Below are positions 52,781-57,079 of a DNA stretch of 57,079 nucleotides, in pieces; the first letter of the stretch is position 1, and every line of letters starts with the position of its first letter. Location of the stretch: positions 1 to 57,079 of IMG/VR virus record IMGVR_UViG_3300046007_011426; one strand, written 5' to 3'. A model generated the notes under the pieces. It saw nothing but the letters and a program-made list of their open reading frames with translations. It did no database searches and had not been told where the DNA came from. This stretch comes from a virus. Lineage: Duplodnaviria > Caudoviricetes. A program made the translations under genes and the position numbers.

Positions 52781-54342
52781 TGTTGAATTTTACTATCCCC
52801 AAGCCTCTTTATGTGAAAGTAGAAGATTATAATGTAAAGAAACCAGTGGCCCTTAAAATAGCTGCAAATACCAAACCAGTTTTCCCAAAGGCCGGAATCC
52901 CAGAAAATCTGGTCCCAGAAAATATCCTTCCTAAGCAACGGCTTACAAATATTATTACAGAACTGAATAGGGATACTGATTCTTATTATAATAATAATGC
53001 TACTTTTGCAACCAACTGGCAAGAGAACACCATTATTGTAACAAAAATTGGTAATCGTTTTTGGTATGCTATTTGGTTTGATATTAGTGAAGAAGTTGTA
53101 TTCAATTATTCTCTTTGTATAAGAAATCTTAAGTCCCTTAAAAGCTATAAAGACTGGATTTATTTTAAGATGTTTGGTGTACTAGAAGACGACTTTACTT
53201 CTCAGACCCATAGTAAAAAAGAATATCTTTATCTTTCCCGGAGTGTAACTCCACTTGATCTAGAGAACCATTCTTATCAAATGGTGGATTCTTTTGCTAG
53301 GAATTATAATCAACCAGAATCGGTTACTAATGCTAGATCTACTTTTGTAGAAAAACTTCAGAGATTTATTAAGGTAGATAACAAGTATTCCAATATTTTT
53401 TATTATTATAATAGGTCTTTGGCCATTGTTCTGGGTAATTGGGATCAACAATATAATTTCCATTGGGTTCCTGATATCGATTATTATTTGTCTGAAAGAC
53501 AGTTTCATCCTAAACTCAAAGAAGCCGTTAATACGCCCTTCTTTAAAAAGTCAATCAACCAGGACATTTCCTTTATTGTTGAGACATTTAGAGAAGCCGA
53601 TACCAGGGAAAAAGAGGCTCTTTTTCTTAAAAGAAGCGCCTCTATTAAAAACAGACTGAATGCTATTAACTACTTGCTTCATCTTTATGAAGATGAGATG
53701 ACTCTTGATTATCTCCAACAGGTCTGGTCGGGGCTTGGTCCTGATCACAATGTTTCTTATTATAGTTATCACTTTAGCCAAGAAACGCTTATTTGGTTCA
53801 GGGATAATGTCCCGGTCAAGTCCTTTGTGAACATGTTTATTAATTCGGAAGACCAGATTAAGGACACTGTTAGTATGGTCTACGATATCTTGCGCCAGAA
53901 GCCCGATATTGATCTGAAATACACCGGACGTTGGAGGCCCACCGAATTTCATGATTTCATTATGTCGGAACAATGGAAGTGCAAACATAAAAATGTGCCT
54001 CTTCCCCAGGACCTATTTCCAAAACCAGTAAAGGTTGATGAAATGACGTTCCTCCAGCCCCTAGATTTACATTTTCTTACAAAATGGGGACGGGCCGCTA
54101 GGAATTGCGTAGGTAGTTCTACCTATTCGGATGGTATCTTGAAGAAGAATCATTTTATTATCCTGGCCCTTAAGGAAAATGTCCCATACTTGACTATTCA
54201 GGCCAAGGTAGAGGCCGAAAATTTTAAGGTGGTTCAAATTAAGAAACAATGTAATTCTTCTCTTAATTCACTAGAACAAGAAGATTTCTCAAAAGCGTTC
54301 AAAAAAGCCCTGGAAATTAGAACGAATGAACTGGCCGCTTAA
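52780..54342 (+). CDS. PcfJ-like domain protein
   Basis: C-terminal EFHD..FLQP..L..WG...RNCVGS..Y..TIQ..VVQ..CN. Confidence 0.7.
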   Translation: MLNFTIPKPLYVKVEDYNVKKPVALKIAANTKPVFPKAGIPENLVPENILPKQRLTNIITELNRDTDSYYNNNATFATNWQENTIIVTKIGNRFWYAIWFDISEEVVFNYSLCIRNLKSLKSYKDWIYFKMFGVLEDDFTSQTHSKKEYLYLSRSVTPLDLENHSYQMVDSFARNYNQPESVTNARSTFVEKLQRFIKVDNKYSNIFYYYNRSLAIVLGNWDQQYNFHWVPDIDYYLSERQFHPKLKEAVNTPFFKKSINQDISFIVETFREADTREKEALFLKRSASIKNRLNAINYLLHLYEDEMTLDYLQQVWSGLGPDHNVSYYSYHFSQETLIWFRDNVPVKSFVNMFINSEDQIKDTVSMVYDILRQKPDIDLKYTGRWRPTEFHDFIMSEQWKCKHKNVPLPQDLFPKPVKVDEMTFLQPLDLHFLTKWGRAARNCVGSSTYSDGILKKNHFIILALKENVPYLTIQAKVEAENFKVVQIKKQCNSSLNSLEQEDFSKAFKKALEIRTNELAA

Positions 54343-54568
54343 TTACAAGTACACCGAAAAATATGGCGGGAAAATGGTTATTTTTACTGTATTTCCTATT
54401 AAAAGCAAATTCGCCCTGGCCGAGATTAGTTTCTCTTTAGACGGATTTACTGGCTGGCCGTGGATCCGAATTGATTGCGGCCTCAATCAGATTTTTTCTC
54501 TTATTGTTAGTGTTTTTAAATTTACTTTTGAATTTAATTTCTTGACCAAAATTTATGAGCATGATTGA
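54326..54568 (+). CDS. Hypothetical protein
   Basis: Overlapping operon ORF. Confidence 0.55.
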   Translation: MNWPLNYKYTEKYGGKMVIFTVFPIKSKFALAEISFSLDGFTGWPWIRIDCGLNQIFSLIVSVFKFTFEFNFLTKIYEHD

Positions 54569-54851
54569 GGATCTTATTAAAAAAGTAGTAGAAGACCCTT
54601 CTGAAGAGAATAAACAAGAATATTTCTCGTTTATAAATCGAATGGAATATTCTCTTTTACTAGAATCCGAAACCTTTCCTTTTAGATCATGGGAGTATTT
54701 TGACAAACGCAAACAGGCCTTTGCATACAGGCGTGAGTGTGCTATTATGTTTTTGAATTCCTGGATTGCCGCCCACAAGACCACAGAGAATTCACCAGTC
54801 ACTTATGCTGACACCCTTATTATTCCCTTTACCCAAATCAAAAGACCATGA
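54555..54851 (+). CDS. Hypothetical protein
   Basis: Operon ORF. Confidence 0.65.
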   Translation: MSMIEDLIKKVVEDPSEENKQEYFSFINRMEYSLLLESETFPFRSWEYFDKRKQAFAYRRECAIMFLNSWIAAHKTTENSPVTYADTLIIPFTQIKRP

Positions 54852-55105
54852 AACCAGAACTAGTCCAAAGACTTTTTGAAATGCAGAAAAAAATTGACAA
54901 AATTATTTGTCCTCTTTATGAAGATATAGACCAAGGAATGTTTGTACCACAAGACGAAGAACCGTATTGGCGGGATACCACATGTTTTAATGATCCTGAA
55001 AAAGTCTATTCTTTTTCATTTTCTAGTGATGGAGATTATGAGGGCGATCTGCCGCCTGATTGTGCTCTTGAAATTTTGACCATTTTTGAGTCTTATAGAC
55101 GATGA
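54848..55105 (+). CDS. Acidic hypothetical protein
   Basis: ATGA-coupled. Confidence 0.65.
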   Translation: MKPELVQRLFEMQKKIDKIICPLYEDIDQGMFVPQDEEPYWRDTTCFNDPEKVYSFSFSSDGDYEGDLPPDCALEILTIFESYRR

Positions 55106-55905
55106 GAATTCGCGTAAGTTCCGACGTTCATCTTGAATTTAATGAATCTGGTCATGGGATCCCTGATTTAGGGTCCGCTGACGCATTAATATTAGGTGGT
55201 GACATCTTATGTGCCCGCCATTTCAAGACAGATGGCCCACTTAAAAAAGTTTATAAGGATTTTCTTCAAAAGTGTTCTGATAATTTTGAGCATGTTATTT
55301 ATATAAAAGGAAACCATGAGCCGTGGGGTCATACTTATCAGGGCACTCATGATCTAATAAAAGAAAACCTCCCGGATAATATCCATCTACTTGAAAACGA
55401 GTACATAAAAATCAAAAGTTGGACCTTCCTTTGTTGCACGCTCTGGACGGACTTCTTTAATGAGAACCCATTAGAAATGATGGAGGCCCAGAGGTATATG
55501 CGAGATTATACAAGCATAAGAATCGGAAGTAATTATAGAAAACTAAGACCAGAAGATACTCTTGGGTTTCATAAACAATCTAAACAATTTCTTATTGAGA
55601 AGTTAGAAGAGTTTAAAAACGAAAAAATCTGGGTCTGTACTCATCATGCTCCGTCTTATCAGTCAATCCATCCAAAATACAGGGCCGAGACCATGAACGG
55701 GGCATTTGCGAGTAATTTAGATGATTTGATTTTGAATAATCCACAGATTAAATACTTTTCACATGGTCATACGCACGATAGTTTTGATTACATGATTAAA
55801 GGTTGTCGGGTTATTTGTAATCCGAGGGGTTATTATACAGGTGTAAATTCTAACGATCTAAATCCAGATTTCGATCCAAACTTTGAGATCGAGGTGGACG
55901 ATTGA
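55102..55905 (+). CDS. Calcineurin-like metallophosphoesterase
   Basis: SDVHLEF, GGDI, GNHE, TLWTDF, THHAP, HGHTH and CNPRGY motifs. Confidence 0.9.
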   Translation: MRIRVSSDVHLEFNESGHGIPDLGSADALILGGDILCARHFKTDGPLKKVYKDFLQKCSDNFEHVIYIKGNHEPWGHTYQGTHDLIKENLPDNIHLLENEYIKIKSWTFLCCTLWTDFFNENPLEMMEAQRYMRDYTSIRIGSNYRKLRPEDTLGFHKQSKQFLIEKLEEFKNEKIWVCTHHAPSYQSIHPKYRAETMNGAFASNLDDLILNNPQIKYFSHGHTHDSFDYMIKGCRVICNPRGYYTGVNSNDLNPDFDPNFEIEVDD

Positions 55906-55952
55906 TAAACTGTCATAAGACCATAAAACCAGAACCAAAAATCAGTTATTGT
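55895..55952 (+). promoter_or_regulatory. Palindromic element + -10 box
   Basis: TGGACGATT-GATA-AACTGTCAT; TATTGT at 55947. Confidence 0.75.
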
Positions 55953-55980
55953 TCATCTGTTCAAACAAAGGAGATTTTTT

Positions 55981-56460
55981 ATGAGCGAAATTAACTTCAA
56001 AAAACATAAGGTCTTCCGAGAAACCGATTCGGTTATCTTCTATGACATTTCAGTAGAAGATTCTAATGCCCAGGATCTTGTTGTTCATAATGGTGCCGCA
56101 ATTTCTCCACCGGATGATAAAGTAGGGGCCAAGCAATTCTACATCCATTATCATCAGATTGACAACAATAGGGTTCTTTCAGGAAAGAGAACTTTTGAAC
56201 TGGTTAACCTGTCCTGGCGATACCCTTATCACATTGTCCATCTCAACCGGTCTTCAGGAGCCCTTGTGATTCCAAAAGAAACCTTCCATAGGTCCTGGTC
56301 TTATGATGAAGGTTCCATTGTGATCAATCAGGCAATCCGGGACGAATATTTTAATCCTGAAACAGAATTTGTTCCGGTTTCTGCATCACAAAATAAGGAT
56401 CTTTATAAGGTCCTGACTCAAGAAACACCCGTTATCCACACCCTAGGAGAAGATTTTTAA
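55981..56460 (+). CDS. Cupin-like conserved cyanophage/cyanobacterial protein
   Basis: FRET..V.FYDI..DLVVH..AISPP; H.HQ.D..VLSG.R.FEL; L.IP..FHRS. Confidence 0.6.
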   Translation: MSEINFKKHKVFRETDSVIFYDISVEDSNAQDLVVHNGAAISPPDDKVGAKQFYIHYHQIDNNRVLSGKRTFELVNLSWRYPYHIVHLNRSSGALVIPKETFHRSWSYDEGSIVINQAIRDEYFNPETEFVPVSASQNKDLYKVLTQETPVIHTLGEDF

Positions 56461-56957
56461 TGGATTATGAACAGGCCTGGGAGGCCATGAACAATCTAGA
56501 AATGTGTATTTCTAAAGTTTGTTCGGCCAGGGAAATCCTAGATTGTGCTATTGATAAATCAGTTGATGGAGAAAAAGCAAAGGCCGAAACTCTGATGTTG
56601 GCTGCTGATGAGTTTCTTCAGATGTTTATTAAAGAATTTGACGAAAAATTCAAGGTCGCCTGGAAAGAGGTGATTGTTAAACAGAAAGATGACATCGATT
56701 ATTTGGCGAATGATTTTCTAACAAGCAATTTCCCGAATGAAAATAAGCCAAAAACCTGGGTTCTTCCGGTAGAGGTCGATGGCCCATCCGGGGAATATGT
56801 CGTTAGTTTCCCTGATGATCTTTTAGAAGCCACAGGCCTAACCGAAGGAGACGAAATCGAATGGGTTGATAATGGCGATAGTTATTTTGTTTTTAAAAAA
56901 ACCACCACTTCGGAAACTGGCACACCCACTACACCAGAATCCTCGATTACCCCTTAA
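56460..56957 (+). CDS. Helical N-domain fused to an AbrB/MazE/SpoVT-like DNA-binding domain
   Basis: KTWVLPVEVD..GEYVVSFPDDLLEATGLTEGDEIEW. Confidence 0.7.
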   Translation: MDYEQAWEAMNNLEMCISKVCSAREILDCAIDKSVDGEKAKAETLMLAADEFLQMFIKEFDEKFKVAWKEVIVKQKDDIDYLANDFLTSNFPNENKPKTWVLPVEVDGPSGEYVVSFPDDLLEATGLTEGDEIEWVDNGDSYFVFKKTTTSETGTPTTPESSITP

Positions 56958-56960
56958 ACT
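56902..56960 (+). promoter_or_regulatory. Degenerate palindromic element + -10 box
   Basis: CCACCACTT-CGGA-AACTGGCAC; TAAACT at 56955. Confidence 0.5.
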
Positions 56961-56983
56961 GTTGTTAGTTACCAGATTATTAT

Positions 56984-57079
56984 GCAACCACATCTCACAC
57001 TTCAAACTGCCGCCGCGTTTGAGCGCATCTACGATTCCCTTATGGGCAGGACCTCTGATGACTTTGAGGCCCTGACTCT
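56984..57079 (+). CDS. 5' end of a hypothetical protein (partial)
   Basis: MQPHLTLQTAAAFERIYDSLMGRTSDDFEALT runs off the window. Confidence 0.5.

Overview
AT-rich segment of a T4-like cyanomyovirus genome, probably from a freshwater host (inferred from gene content only). Order: phoH, exonuclease, gp33, gp59, then an inserted array of five LRV/HEAT-like repeat genes, gp32, a GIY-YIG-like endonuclease with a small upstream RNA cassette, the baseplate/tail block (gp53, gp48, gp2, gp4, gp54, gp26, gp51, tape-measure-like/lysin genes, hub, cp12, gp5), giant tail-fibre genes, a solo IS200/IS605 tnpB, and an early-type accessory region (SF2 helicase, RNA ligase + kinase + phosphoesterase, HNH, PcfJ-like protein, many tiny ORFs). 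Most notable: (1) five stackable 26-aa-repeat genes with a constant scaffold and hypervariable aromatic-rich positions, resembling a natural alphaRep-like binder library; (2) a late-promoter sRNA cassette 17-nt complementary to the leader of the adjacent nuclease gene; (3) a transposase-less tnpB under a phage late promoter, whose reconstructed TAM is the late-promoter core; (4) about 11 palindromic sites at fixed spacing from a -10 box; (5) strong GGCC enrichment in core genes that is absent from three inserted modules. All assignments come from reading motifs by eye; no searches were run.
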